Shown: positions 1 to 11,768 of the stretch, one piece after another
Layout of the letters: the number at the start of each line of letters is the position of its first letter
How positions within the stretch are numbered: the stretch's first letter is position 1
From: Octopus vulgaris
Lineage: Eukaryota
Direction: 5' to 3'
Assembly (NCBI GenBank): GCA_951406725.2
Contig: OX597830.1
Coordinates: 41,664,001 to 41,728,000 of the forward strand
Length of the DNA stretch: 64,000 bases
Program-made: the position numbers and the translations under genes
Notes under the pieces: generated by a model
Databases searched by the model: none
The model's input: only the letters and a program-made list of their open reading frames with translations
What the model was told of the DNA's origin: nothing

Positions 1-25
1 CTTCAGCTTTATATGTTTATATATA

Positions 26-271
26 CAGGTATAGAATCCTTTATCTGGAGATCTAAAATTCGAAAATCCCTCAAAACCAAACGTTTTTTTGTGAAGAGTG
101 AATCGCGTCATAACAGGGATCGTTTGGTGCGCAAACAGCTGACTACCAGACGTCTGTTTTCATGTCCAGTTTACAATCTGGGGCAGCTGACTTTTGTCCT
201 GAAATCCGAAAAAGTCCGAAATTCAGAACACAACTGTTCCAAAGTGGTCCGGATAAAGGATTGTGTGCCTA
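26..271. mobile_element. MITE, pogo/Tigger-like TIRs
   Basis: TIRs CAGGTATAGAATCCTTTATCTGGA / TCCGGATAAAGGATTGTGTGCCTA in a TA context. Confidence 0.75.
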
Positions 272-299
272 TGTATGTATGTACGTATGTAGCTATATA

Positions 300-1498
300 T
301 AGTAGTGGTCAAAATTAGGGCGGACGTCGGAGATAGGTAGCTCCAAGTAGGAATTTCTCCGTTTTGACAGAGAATTTTCAGATTTTTTTCACGGTCCCCT
401 TGATCTTTTTAACGTACAAAAATAAAATTTTTTGAGAAATTTTTTTCTAACACTATCATCCCCTGTGAGAGTGAGAAAGAAACAAGGAAGGTGGTCATAG
501 GATATGCTAGAAACAATAGCCAAATCTCTCTTTAATTACACCTTTTCGTCTGAACATATTTAATTTTTTTCTTTTTTACTAAAAATGCGTCTCATAGTTT
601 TTAAGTGCATAGGGCCCCCCAAAAAATCATCGTGCTTACAAAATCAACCAAAATTGGTCCGGGAAGGAGGGGTGAAAAAAAAAACATTTTTCGAAAATTT
701 TACTTTGTATGTGTCAAAGATGATCCAGATCATTTCCAAGGGCACCGTGAAAAATAAAAAGAAATCTGAAAAATTCCCGTCAAAACTAGAACGAGCTCGT
801 TGGCAAAGACTAACCTCACTTTTCGGTTCTTCATACAGATGACAGGTTTAATGGCGGGGGGGGGGACTGGGTATAAAGTCCTATTTCTTTCAAACGACGA
901 ACCACAGTCTTCCAAGACACATTGATTCTGTAATCACGATTTACTAGGCGAGAAATTCCTGCAGCAGTATCGAGGCGGTCTCTCAACGACAGCGTCTGGA
1001 TCACACAATCTTGCCGAACACTTGTTTTCCGTGGTCTCCCTTGTTTTTCTAATAACACAAAAAAAGTTTGTTTCTTCATAAAGCATTGAGTATTCTTGAA
1101 ACAACACTCTTTGATCTGTTAATGTCTCTGGCGATAGCAGAAACTGCAATTCTTTCTTTTTTCAATGTGACTACTCGCTTCCTGAGGCTTTCATCAACTT
1201 TACGTCGGCTTTCCATGGTTGTTAATTAACTTTCGCACTGTTAGATCAACTTTATTTACATAGGTCGGAGTGTTGCCAGATTTTACTTTTTGAAGTTTAC
1301 GCTCTACGTTCTCTCATTTTATCCATCTTCTATTTTTCACATAAACATTTTCTGTATTATAAATTATTCCTACAAAAATTATTGTAAATAATGAGCATAC
1401 TGTAAAGTATATACACCAAAAATTTTATTCGGAAAAATGAAGTAGAGAAGTAAATCTCTTTAATTTTTATTTTCGTTCTCTAATTTTGGCCACAATTA
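300..1498 (-). mobile_element. Degenerate Tc1-family DNA transposon
   Basis: TIRs AGTAGTGGTCAAAATTAG / CTAATTTTGGCCACAAT. A frameshifted transposase N-terminus runs from ATG 1216 (HTH, GRPRKTS.RQD, TVVRRLKEIGL, KNRKVRLVFA). No DDE domain seen. Confidence 0.85.
352..792. mobile_element. Foldback/MITE nested in the Tc1 element
   Basis: About 100-nt imperfect inverted repeats (gttttgac..ttttcagattt..ttcacggt vs accgtgaaa..aaatctgaaaa..gtcaaaac). Confidence 0.7.
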
Positions 1499-2292
1499 TA
1501 TATATGTATGCATTTCGAGACGTACATTCCTGAAAAAACCGGTGCTTTCAAACGAATTCTTTATGTAATAGATTCAACGACTCAGTGCTTGCGATATAAA
1601 ATGAATTTTTTAAAAAAGTAAATATGTTAGGCTGTAAATACAATCGATAAAGAAATTTAAATATGAAAAGCTACTTTTCAAACTACTAGAATATTTTTCT
1701 CAAGAGGAAGTAAGTCGTAGTAGAAAAGGGGTGGTTCACAATTTAAAACGCATAAGAAAGAGTTGAAGCTCAACTCAAATTTGGTTGATGTAAACATTAA
1801 CCCCAAATTTAATTTAAAACAACTATATCTTCGCATCTTTCGATAAATTTCCTCCGTGGCAACGGGAAAATTATAATTGAACTGGAGTACTGCATGATCA
1901 TTTATTCTTCCACCTTGCAACTCAACCCAAGATAACGAGTTGCAGTTGTCTCAACTAAAAGAGATCCCTGTCGTAAATCGTCAGAATACCAAAGGAATTC
2001 CAACGAAAGTGTTCGTAAAATAATGAAATTACTTTTTGCTGAAATATCATTTTTTATTCAAGGTAAGGTTTAAAAGAATTTCAAATTGTATATATTTTGT
2101 ATATATATTATGTATTCGTTTAAACACATTTGCAGTCGGAGAGTACCCACAGACACTTGTTAGTATATACAACCTTGCAACTATTTATCTCAGCTGTTCA
2201 ATTATTTTAGTTTTGTCATCTTTTCAATATACATAATGAACGGCAGAGGTAAAGATCATGGACCGCACCCGCTTAAGGTTTGTTTTTTTTTT

Positions 2293-2982
2293 TATATTAG
2301 AACACACTATATCGAGGGTGGAGATTCCGAATCTGCAAAAAAAAAAGCAGCAGTTCAAAATTTAAATCCCCTCCTCACCCCCATTTCTTAAATTTTCACT
2401 TTAAAAAAAATTCTTTTTCACGAAACACGTGGAAAAATACGGAGATTATGATTCTGAAAAAAGCAATTTTGTAAAATTTCAATTCTTCAAAAAAAAAAAA
2501 AATCATAAAATAAACACCCCTCCCCTCTGCCCTAAGACAAGAAGTTAAATTAAAGTGTTTTCTCTACTAATGTTTCATGACGAACATAACCCAACATGTT
2601 GTGGTTAAGGTCTTCTGGAATTAAGAGAGGTTTGTAAAAATTAGATTTTTTTGCACACGCACACACAACAAAATGACATTAATTTTTTTTTTTATTTTTT
2701 GGTAATTCGTATTTAGAAAGTTCATTCTCGGTTTGGCTGTTTCTAGCTTGTTAAATTTCCGGTTGGGGGCGTACTTCAAAATTGAAGATTTTGAAAACCC
2801 CTAAAACACGTTTTCATTCTTTGCCCCTCTGACAAAGAAAAAATGGGGGTAGGGGAAATTTCACTTTCTGTCATAGGGTGGAGGGGAGGGTGTTTGTCTT
2901 TTTTTTTTTAATTTAAATTTTGAAATGCAGATTCTTTTTTGCAGATTCGGAATCTCCGCCCTCGATATAGTGTTCTTATAAA
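2293..2982. mobile_element. Foldback/MITE
   Basis: TIR cactatatcgagggtggagattccgaatctgcaaaa / ttttgcagattcggaatctccgccctcgatatagtg, plus an inner inverted pair at 2508-2550 / 2856-2900. Confidence 0.8.
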
Positions 2983-2984
2983 TA

Positions 2985-3350
2985 AAATTTAGGGGAGGGG
3001 TATAGTTAATTACATCGACCCCACTTTCACTGGTACTTAATATATCGACCCCAAAAGGATGAAAGGCAAAGTCAACCTCGGTGAAATTTGAACTCAGAAC
3101 TTAGCGACGGGTGAAATACCTATTTCTTTACTACCCACAAGGGGCTAAACACAGAGAGGACGAACAAGGACAGACAAACGGATTAAGTCGATTATATCGA
3201 CCCCAGTGCGTAACTAGTACTTAGTTAATCGACCCCGAAAGGATTTTGAAAACCCCTAAAGGATGAAAGGCAAAGTCGACCTCGGCGGAATTTGAACTCA
3301 GAACGTAACCGCAGACGAAATACCGCTAAGCATTTCATCCGGCGTGCTAA
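2985..3350 (-). mobile_element. Two nested/adjacent tRNA-derived SINEs (family A)
   Basis: Reverse complement of gttctgagttcaaattcc (B box) ... gactttgcctttcatcctttcggggtcgat. Confidence 0.85.
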
Positions 3351-3542
3351 ATAATAATCCTTCTGTTGACACAAAGTCTAAAATTTTGGGGAAGGAATTA
3401 ACTCGATTACATGTTACGCACTGGGGTCGATGTGATCGACTTAATCCTTTCCCCTAAATTTCATCTGTCAAAATAGTTTTGAGGTATTTTTTTAATGTAA
3501 GAAAAGGGACTTCGGTCGATTCCCTTAAAAATCACTACTTAC

Positions 3543-3556
3543 TTGTCTGGCTGCAT
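3543..3556 (-). CDS. Possible first coding micro-exon of an unidentified divergent gene
   Basis: Minus strand reads aacaATG CAG CCA GAC AA|gtaagtag, a perfect donor. It lies in CpG-containing unique sequence with an ETS-type CCGGAAGT at 3660-3667. No second exon identified. Confidence 0.4.
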
Positions 3557-3758
3557 TGTTTCAGTAGTTCGTCGCTTGTAACGGTTGAGTCTTATGACAC
3601 TTGATAACCTACTTATAGGAAGCAAATTAGTAATAAAAACTACGACTGATAAATTCTCTCCGGAAGTAGGTGTTAGTTAGTAAACTTTGGACATTAACTG
3701 ATTAAAGGCTGCAAAAATGACATGCTAAGCACAAGATAACAATGTTTTATTGGTTGCT

Positions 3759-4170
3759 GGCAATCTTTCGTCTCTAGTAGACCTTTCCGTAAAAAATTTT
3801 TTTTTTTTACATATGGGCTTGCGGGAACTTTTGAAGTAATGAGAGCGAAAGAGACTAAGAGAAAGCGATTGTATGACGAGGGAAGTTCTTTTGAAGTTAC
3901 CGTGCATGGGAGCATTGATGGACATGTGTGTGCGTGTGTGTGTGTGTTTGATGGGGTGTGGGAGACTGACAGTATGTTGTGTAAGTGAAGTGCTTCTGTT
4001 AGTGTGTGTGAAGAGACAGAGTAATGTGTGAAAGAAAGAGATTAACTGAAATTTTTTACTCGGTGTATATGTATGTATATTACTTCAAAAGTTCCCGCAA
4101 GCCCATATGTAAAAAAAAAAAAAAATTTTACGGAAATCGACGGAAAGGTCTACTAGAGACGAAAGATCGC
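3759..4170. mobile_element. MITE with about 80-nt TIRs
   Basis: atctttcgtctctagtagacctttccg...catatgggcttgcgggaacttttgaagtaat is inverted at 4078-4170. Confidence 0.85.
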
Positions 4171-4176
4171 CAAGTG

Positions 4177-4575
4177 GGATCTTTTCGGTTTGAACGGCAG
4201 TTTTTTAAAATAATTTCCACGTAACTAAACACTTTTAAACTTCGTATACTGGTAGAATGTGCTTATAAAACATCTTTTTCTCTTGGCTTTATTGAGAAAA
4301 TTCTATAGTTTGTAAGATATTTGGGTTCTTTTTCTTCAATTTTTGCAATTTCAACCAATCAGTGACGTCTATTTAGGTAAAAAGCATTGTGCCGTATGAA
4401 TATGTCCTTCGTTTAAGAAACAGATTGGGTCTATTTACATTTCTGAAGCAAAAAAAGATACCCTCTAACCCTAAAACAGATTGAAATGCAATAGATCGAT
4501 ACTAGGGTCATAATTATGGGTGACAATTTCATATGACACCGCTAGAAAAAACTGCCGTTCAAACCGAAAAGATCC
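4177..4575. mobile_element. MITE
   Basis: TIRs GGATCTTTTCGGTTTGAACGGCAGTTTT / AAAACTGCCGTTCAAACCGAAAAGATCC. Confidence 0.85.
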
Positions 4576-5559
4576 GTCATTTTTTCCCTTTGCTTATATA
4601 TTTGTACAATAATGTAGTTACAACGAATTGGTAGGTGGCGCTTAATTTCGGTTCTTTACGTTGAGTTTAAAAACTCCCCATAACTTTGAAGTAAAATAAA
4701 GTCCCATTTAATACTGGAATTTATTTATATAACGCTTCGTAGATGCTAATAGAATTATAATAGGACACAAAGGTCTGCTAGTAATTGTCTCTAAATGTCA
4801 TTATGATTCCAGAAAACTGGTGTGTTCCTAAAGTCATAATACTTGAGGAAGATGAGAATTCAGATATAATAACAGGAGCTTTGTAAACGCGTACCATTGA
4901 CTATGCAGTCGCCTAACTTTCCCTCTCTCTCATAAACATATATATATATATATATATATATTGTTCAGATGGTTGAAAAGGAACACACAAGTTGATATGT
5001 ATAAGGAAAAAAAGTCTAGGTAGAAATTTTGAGCCTTGTGCCTAGACTAGAAAAGGATATTTTACATTCTGAAGTGTTCATAAACTACAAATAACCTTTT
5101 CAACTATAGGTACAAGGCCTGAAATTTGAGGGGAAGGGGCTAGTCGACTACATCGACCTCTCCCCCCTTCCCCCAGTGTTCAACTGGTACTTATTCTGTT
5201 GGCCCCTGAAAGGATGAAAGGTAAAGTTGGCCTTGGCAGTATTTGAATTCAGAACATAAAGATGGACAAAATGTGTCCAAAGTGCTAACGATTCAGCCAG
5301 CTTGCCACCTTTAAAAATTATGATTTAAAAATTTGTGGGTTTTTTTTTTTGGTTTTTTTTTAGTCCTAGGGGTATTTTATCCTTAGGGGCTTTTTCCCTA
5401 CACTCTTGTAGCTCAGCAGTTCTCAACTGGAGCCCATATGACCCTTGTTTTTAAAATTTATGTGTAATAAATTGGTTATACTTCTAAATTAGGCTAGCTG
5501 CTATGTTTGAATGCACCTATATATAATAAATGGGAAAGAAATTTCACTTGAATCTACAC

Positions 5560-5890
5560 TACTGGATAAGCCCGATGGACCCAGAACTGAGGGAATATTA
5601 ATCTGAGCCAGGACTCGCTTAATGATGAAGTTTAGCTTGTGAGGAGTGAAGCGACCAACATTTAGGTAGCAAGACAGACAGTGAAGACCTATTAGGTCGA
5701 GGGGTCTACTACAGTGGCATCTTAGTCCCCTGCAGACGTCAGCTCCCACTCTGAGTGCAATGGAGATGTGAAGTTCATCTAGACTGAGTAGACTTCTAAT
5801 ATTGGCCACAGGCAGGGCATCGATCCAGTCCCCCAAGAATTTTGCACAAGCTGAAAGTAGGTGACACCTGAAAATTGATCAGATTGATCA
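5560..5890 (-). mobile_element. CRE-clade (RLE) non-LTR retrotransposon fragment, zinc-finger region
   Basis: GDWIDALP...LRVGADVC...CHC...D..GLHCLSC...GRF..H.LN.II.R.L...IPSVL.P.GL. Confidence 0.75.
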
Positions 5891-6479
5891 AGGTGAGAGT
5901 TGAAAGTGGTACCTTAACACAGATTTTTATACTCTGTGTTTCCATTCACAAGTGGACCGTACAGGTATATAGATGCACACCACACACACACGTTGCAATA
6001 TCTGTACATCACTTCACATAAAAAGAACGTGGCCAATACCAGTGCCACTTTGACTGGCTTTCGTGCTGGAGGCACGTAAAAAGCATTAGGAAGGGCATCC
6101 AGCTGTAGAAACTCTGCCAGATCAGATTGGGGCCTGGTGCAGCCTCCTGGCTTCGCAGACCACCGTCGAACCCATGCCAGCATGGAAAACGTATGTTGAA
6201 CGATGATGATGATATATAATGTACTACATATAGATACATACGACACATGAATACACGCACACACACATCTTGATGATAAGATCTGACTTTAAAAATATTT
6301 TTCGTGCGAGACCTTCCAATTCTGTGGTCTTTTCCCTCTCCATGAGATAGTGATAGCTATTCTAAAACTACACCAAAGATGTTCCAGAATCGTTACTGCT
6401 GTTATATGGAAAAGATTACAATAACATAAAGGAAAAAAATACTATCCTTTTCCTTTCTTAGGGAACTTCAAGAGATAAC

Positions 6480-7130
6480 TATTCCAAAACTACCCTGTTC
6501 GTGTTACCTTACAAAGAATAAATAAATAGCTGTGCTGTGACGCTCGGTGCGTCGAGTTACGTCCCTTCACTTCCAACAGTAACTCTGGTAATTAAAGCGG
6601 GTGTCTTCCCCGAAAAACCCCTCTGAACAAAACAAGCTAACCGCAAAAATAGAGTAAAAAAGTATTTTTTCAAAACAAAAACAAAGTTTTTCGGTTTACC
6701 ACTATACAAAATAATACTGAAATATCACTGTTTTGTTAAAGGTAAGACTTTAAAAACATTTAAGGTGCCCAATTTATATATAAACACAATAGTCGTTTAA
6801 TTGTAGTCGCAATGGGAGGAGCCCGGAGAAACACAACTCCGTCCTACTGTATTGTAATTACTATAATAACACATGCTTTATTTCGTGTCAGTGATTGCTC
6901 GAGACCGATTTCACTTCTATTCAATTCTATCTTCTTATGAAATCGAATCCAAGAAACGTTATTAAAACTTAGTTAATGTTTCACGAACGAAGATAGAGGA
7001 ACATGAAATTATTCTTTGTATAGATTCGAAGAATAAATGTTATTGTTTATCTCTGTTACTTGATGGCAAATACATCAGTTTTTAGGTAAATAGTTACTAT
7101 TAGACCCGCCTCACGAGTCGACTGTAATAG
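6480..7130 (+). promoter_or_regulatory. Candidate FCSK promoter and non-coding 5' exons
   Basis: CpG-retaining unique sequence with donor aaag|gtaaga (6742), acceptor ttgtag (6806) and donor tttag|gtaaat (7086), upstream of the 10723 acceptor. Confidence 0.4.
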
Positions 7131-7913
7131 GGATAACGAAAGAAAAATATTAGTTTTCAGAGGAAAGAAATTACAGTAGTTTTTTTATTGAATGTTTTAA
7201 TTTTTTTTATATATATTTTTGTTCTTTGGTTTTAACCTTTTACTTTCTCCGTTATATGATTAGAAAGACGAAAAGCAAAAAGAAACTAATTTTACACAAG
7301 CTAGAAAAATGAACAAATGTGATTCGCTTCTAAACATAGGAAATAAGAAGTTACACAAACTCTTCCTATTTTTGCTCACAATATATCTTTCTATCGTCTG
7401 TCAAGTAAATAAAGATAAACATGCTAATCAAGTACAGATATGATGATGCAACCTACTTTTAAAAACAACGGTCACTTACCGTTGCAGAAGATAAAAATAT
7501 GAAATTAAGTTACAAATAAAAACAAGATCTGCATGCAACTTTGTCCTAAAAAACATGTAGAAATGTCGACGTAACCTGCTAAAACTATTGTATGACCCAC
7601 ATTTGGGTTATATATCTATTTTCATACCACTGCTTCAAGAAATATGTGAGCATGTTAAAAGTTATCACGTCTTATGTAAGAAAGATAACTCAAGTGTATA
7701 TTTCAGCATCACAGCTGTTATAAGGCTGTACCATGTAACGACAGTCGATGGACCGTTTTGAGCATCACACTCCTAACGTTTTTACCTGCGAGTAAATGTT
7801 AAACGTGTCGGGCATTAAGTAAACTATATGTGTGTGTATATATATATATATGTACGTGTTTGTGTATATGTATATATGTTTGTATATATGTGCATGTGTA
7901 TATATAGAAGTTA

Positions 7914-9235
7914 CAGGTGTGGAAGCAAGGATTAGAATCGAAGGGCCTTAGAGTCAACCTAGCTAAAACCAAAGTCTTAATAAGTAGGAAGGCAGACAAA
8001 CCACAAATCTCTTCAGCTAGATGGCCCTGCTCGATCTATAGAAAAGGCATAGGTAGAAACTCCGTAAGATGTACCCAATGTAAGCTATGGACACATAAGA
8101 GGTGCAGCAATATCAAAGGAAGGCTAACTGGGAAGATAGTTTTTGTGTGTGGCAGATGCTCAGGAGCAATAAACACTGGAAATGTGCAGAGAACAACTTC
8201 TGTCACATTCCAAGGAGAAAAACGAGAAGTAGTTGATAGCTTCACTTACCTAGGTGACCAAGTCAGTAGCAGGGCAGAGTTCAGAGAGCTCCTACCTCTG
8301 CTGGTGACAAAGGGCCTCGCTCAGAGTAAAAGGTAGACTGTATGAAGCATGTGTACGAACAGCCATGCTACATGGCAGTGAAACATGGGCCGTGACTGCT
8401 GAGGACATGCGTAAGCTTGCAAGGAATGAAACCAGTATGCCCCGTTGGATGTGTAATGTCAGTGTTTATACACAACAGTGTAAGCACCTTGAAAGAAAAG
8501 TTGAACCTAAGACATCAGATGTGATGTGTAAGAGAGACTGCGCTGGTATGGATGTGGACAGCTGTGTGAAAATGTCACACCCTTGCAGTTGAGGGAATCT
8601 GTGGAAGAGGTAGACCTGGGATGAGGTAGTGAAGCATGACCTTCGAACACTGGGCCTCACTGAGGCAATGACTAGTGACCAAGATCTTTGGATATTTGAG
8701 AAGACCTGGCAAGCCAAGTGAGACTATAACCCGTGGCCTATGCCAGTGGTGTAACCAGCCTACTTATGCATTGCTTGTGAAGACCTGTTGAGGCAAGTGA
8801 AATCAAAATCAAATTCACTGACATGGCCGATGACAGCACCACCTGAATGGCACCCATGCCAGTGGTACGTTAAAAGCACCATCCGAGCGTGATCATTGCC
8901 AAGGCCAATGACTGGCTCCCGTGCTGGTGACACGATCATTTCCAGCGTTGCCTTACTGGCACTTGTGCCAGTGGCACGTGAAAAACAACATTCGAGTGAA
9001 GTTGTTGCTAGTGCCGCTGGACTGGCTCCTGTGCAGGTAGCACATAGAAAACACCATGTGAGTGTGGCCATTGCCAGTACCGCCTGACTGGCACGTAAAA
9101 AGCACCCACAACACTCTCAGTGGTTGGTGTTAGGAAGGGCATCCAGCTGTAGAAACTCTGCTAGATCAGATTAGAGTCCTCAGTCAAACTGTCCAACCCA
9201 TGCCAGCATGGAAAGCGGACGTTAAACAATGATGT
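7914..9235 (+). mobile_element. 5'-truncated RTE-clade LINE
   Basis: [19 protein letters not shown]-x2-[24 protein letters not shown]; 3' UTR ends ggacgttaaacaatgatg; frameshifted. Confidence 0.92.
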
Positions 9236-10746
9236 GTGTGTATGTGTCTGTATATGTATGTAGGTGGCGAGCCAGCAGAACCGTTAGCATGCCGGGCAAA
9301 ATGCTTAGTAGTATTTCGTCTGTCTTTATGTTCTGATTTCAAATTCCACTGAGGTTGACTTTGCCTCTCATCCTCTCAGGTTTGATAAATTAAGTACCAG
9401 TTGTGTACTGAGGTAGATCTAATCAACTGGCTCCCTCCACCAAAATTTTGGGCCTTGTGCCTAGAGTAGAAAAGTGTGTGTGTGTGTGTGTGTGTTCTTG
9501 TATGTATGGGAGTATGTGTGTGTATGTATATATGTATGTGTGTGTGTGTATAAGGAAAATAAGACACGGTAGAAAATGCTAAAATAATTTTATCATGAAG
9601 AACACTTTAGTACCGGTTTCAGGCATTGAAAAATTAAATGAAATGTTTTTTTTAAAAAATATATTTCCATAGTTTTCAAATGCAAGGGACATTTTCCTTT
9701 TTTCTGCCTGTGTGTATATGTGTGTATTTATGTATATGTGTGTATGTATGTATGTTTGCATATGAACATGTATGCATGCGTATGTATCTGTACAATGGGT
9801 TTCTTTCAGTGTCTGTCCATCAAATCCCCCAACAAGTCTTTGGACGGCCCTAGGCTATAGCAGATACCTGCCCAAGTTGCCCCACACAGTGGGGCTGAAC
9901 CATGTATTTGAGAAGCAAATTTCTCACCATGCAGCCACTCCTGTACCTTCATATTATAAGTCACAAAGGCAAACATATGCATGTCCAACTTTCCACTTGT
10001 ATATGTCCTATAGAGATAATATTGTGAACTCGATAGATTGTTTTCTGCTTGACACTCCTAACGTTTTGCCTGCAAGTAAATATTGAAATTATCAGGCATT
10101 TAGTAAACTTTGGTCGTTAAATGATAAAAATTGATTAAAAGTCACATGTCATAGACGATTAAAAATAATTAAACCTTAGACGTTAAAATAATAACTAAAC
10201 TTTTAAACTGCAACTTGTGTTACAAGATATATGGGTATATAGTGTATAGTAAAAGGGATCAACTCTGGTACAGTACTACAATTTGTTTTATTGATTTTTG
10301 GGTGGATATTTTGGCAAAGTCAGTTCCAGTGCAATTTGAACTCGGAATATAAAGAACTGGAAAGAAACATTTATTCTTTTTTTTTTTTTTTTCTCGAGGA
10401 ATGAATTTTATGTGGGCACAACAAACTCTCTTGTTAGGATGAGCATCCAGCTGTAGAATCTGACAAAATTCAGATGCACAATGGTTCTCTGTCCCATCAA
10501 GGATAACAGTAACTCTCAATAAAATTTGACTTGAACTGTGATAACCCATTCAATCCATTGTAGCATGGACAGCAGATGTTAAATGATGATGATTGGGTAT
10601 AACTTAAGGGAGATTTAACTGTTAATTCCAACAGATCAATCAAACACTCTCTATCCCATTTTCTTGATTTCTGTTCAGTTTTCATTGAATCTACAATCTC
10701 GCAATATTTTTGTATATTTTCAGGTCAGTTCTTTTAAGAAAATGAT

Positions 10747-10831
10747 ATGGAGCCTAATCAGGCCAACTTCCAGTGGACTGCTATTGTGCTTACCTGCTCT
10801 GATAACCAATGGTCACAATCTGTGCAACAAG
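10747..10831 (+). CDS. FCSK: FCSK coding exon 1 (acceptor at 10723, 23 nt UTR)
   Basis: [28 protein letters not shown]; G|gtaaat; in-frame TAA upstream of the ATG. Confidence 0.88.
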
Positions 10832-11731
10832 GTAAATAGCTGCAAATATTTTTTCTAACAATTGCAGTGTGGAAGATGTTTGTAAGCCATTTAAGAACAC
10901 ACTAAAACCGTTAGTTTCATTCCAACATTTGAATTTAATTTGTCGAAATATTTTCGTCACATTGAAACTGTGACCTGTGAGCATGAAGTTTTGTCAGTGA
11001 ATGGGTCACAGTTTCAAAGTGATGAAAATATTTTGACACAAATTAAATTCAAATGTTGAAGTGAAATTAATGGCTTTTGTGTGTTCTTAAATGGCTTACA
11101 AATATCTTCCACACTGCAATTGTTTTTGTGTCAGCACATGATCTGAGATCAAGTCACTTACTATGCAAGTACATCCCTGTAATATTTATTCTAAATTCTT
11201 GCTATAAACTTTTCTTTGTTTCTCTGTTTCCACTTTCTTTCATCTGCAATAAACTTATTAAAGCCATTTATGGAAATTTCTATTCTCTTTGTAGAATTTG
11301 TCTAGAAGGGAGTTTGGTGTAATCTTTTGCCCAGTTTTATGCCAGCCCTTGGTCTTTGAGTGCCTTTAGTAAAGTTCACTATGCTTTAAGCATTTCAACC
11401 AGCTCTCGGGTTTGCTAATAATCTTATCCATTCCTACCACCAATTTCAGAGGAAAAAAAAGGTTATGAGCAGTGCCCTCTCACCTCTATGAAAATTTCTC
11501 CTGGCTAATAGAAACATTTTAAAATTCTAAGTTACCAAATCAAAAAAAATGTTGAATTCAAATTACCCATTTTGATGGCGTACAAGATGCATTTTTTTTT
11601 TTACAAAGGATATCTCAAAAATTTACTATGGGTCTTTTTATGAGAAGTTGTAACATCTTCACATCTACCTCTGACATCACCACCCAGATTATTATTGATG
11701 TTGTCACAGTTTCCATTATCATTATTGCATG

Positions 11732-11768
<37 letters not shown>

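Noticed and set aside
4461-4475. Telomere-like ctaaccctaa
   Set aside because: Only one or two units, internal to a MITE.
7466-7484. Hairpin caacggt-cactt-accgttg containing a minus-strand GTAAGT donor
   Set aside because: It is short, and no supporting exon or partner acceptor was found.
10664-10858. ORF-track 64-aa ORF over exon 1
   Set aside because: It is in the wrong frame. The conserved FCSK N-terminus starts at ATG 10747, and the ATG at 10742 is out of frame.
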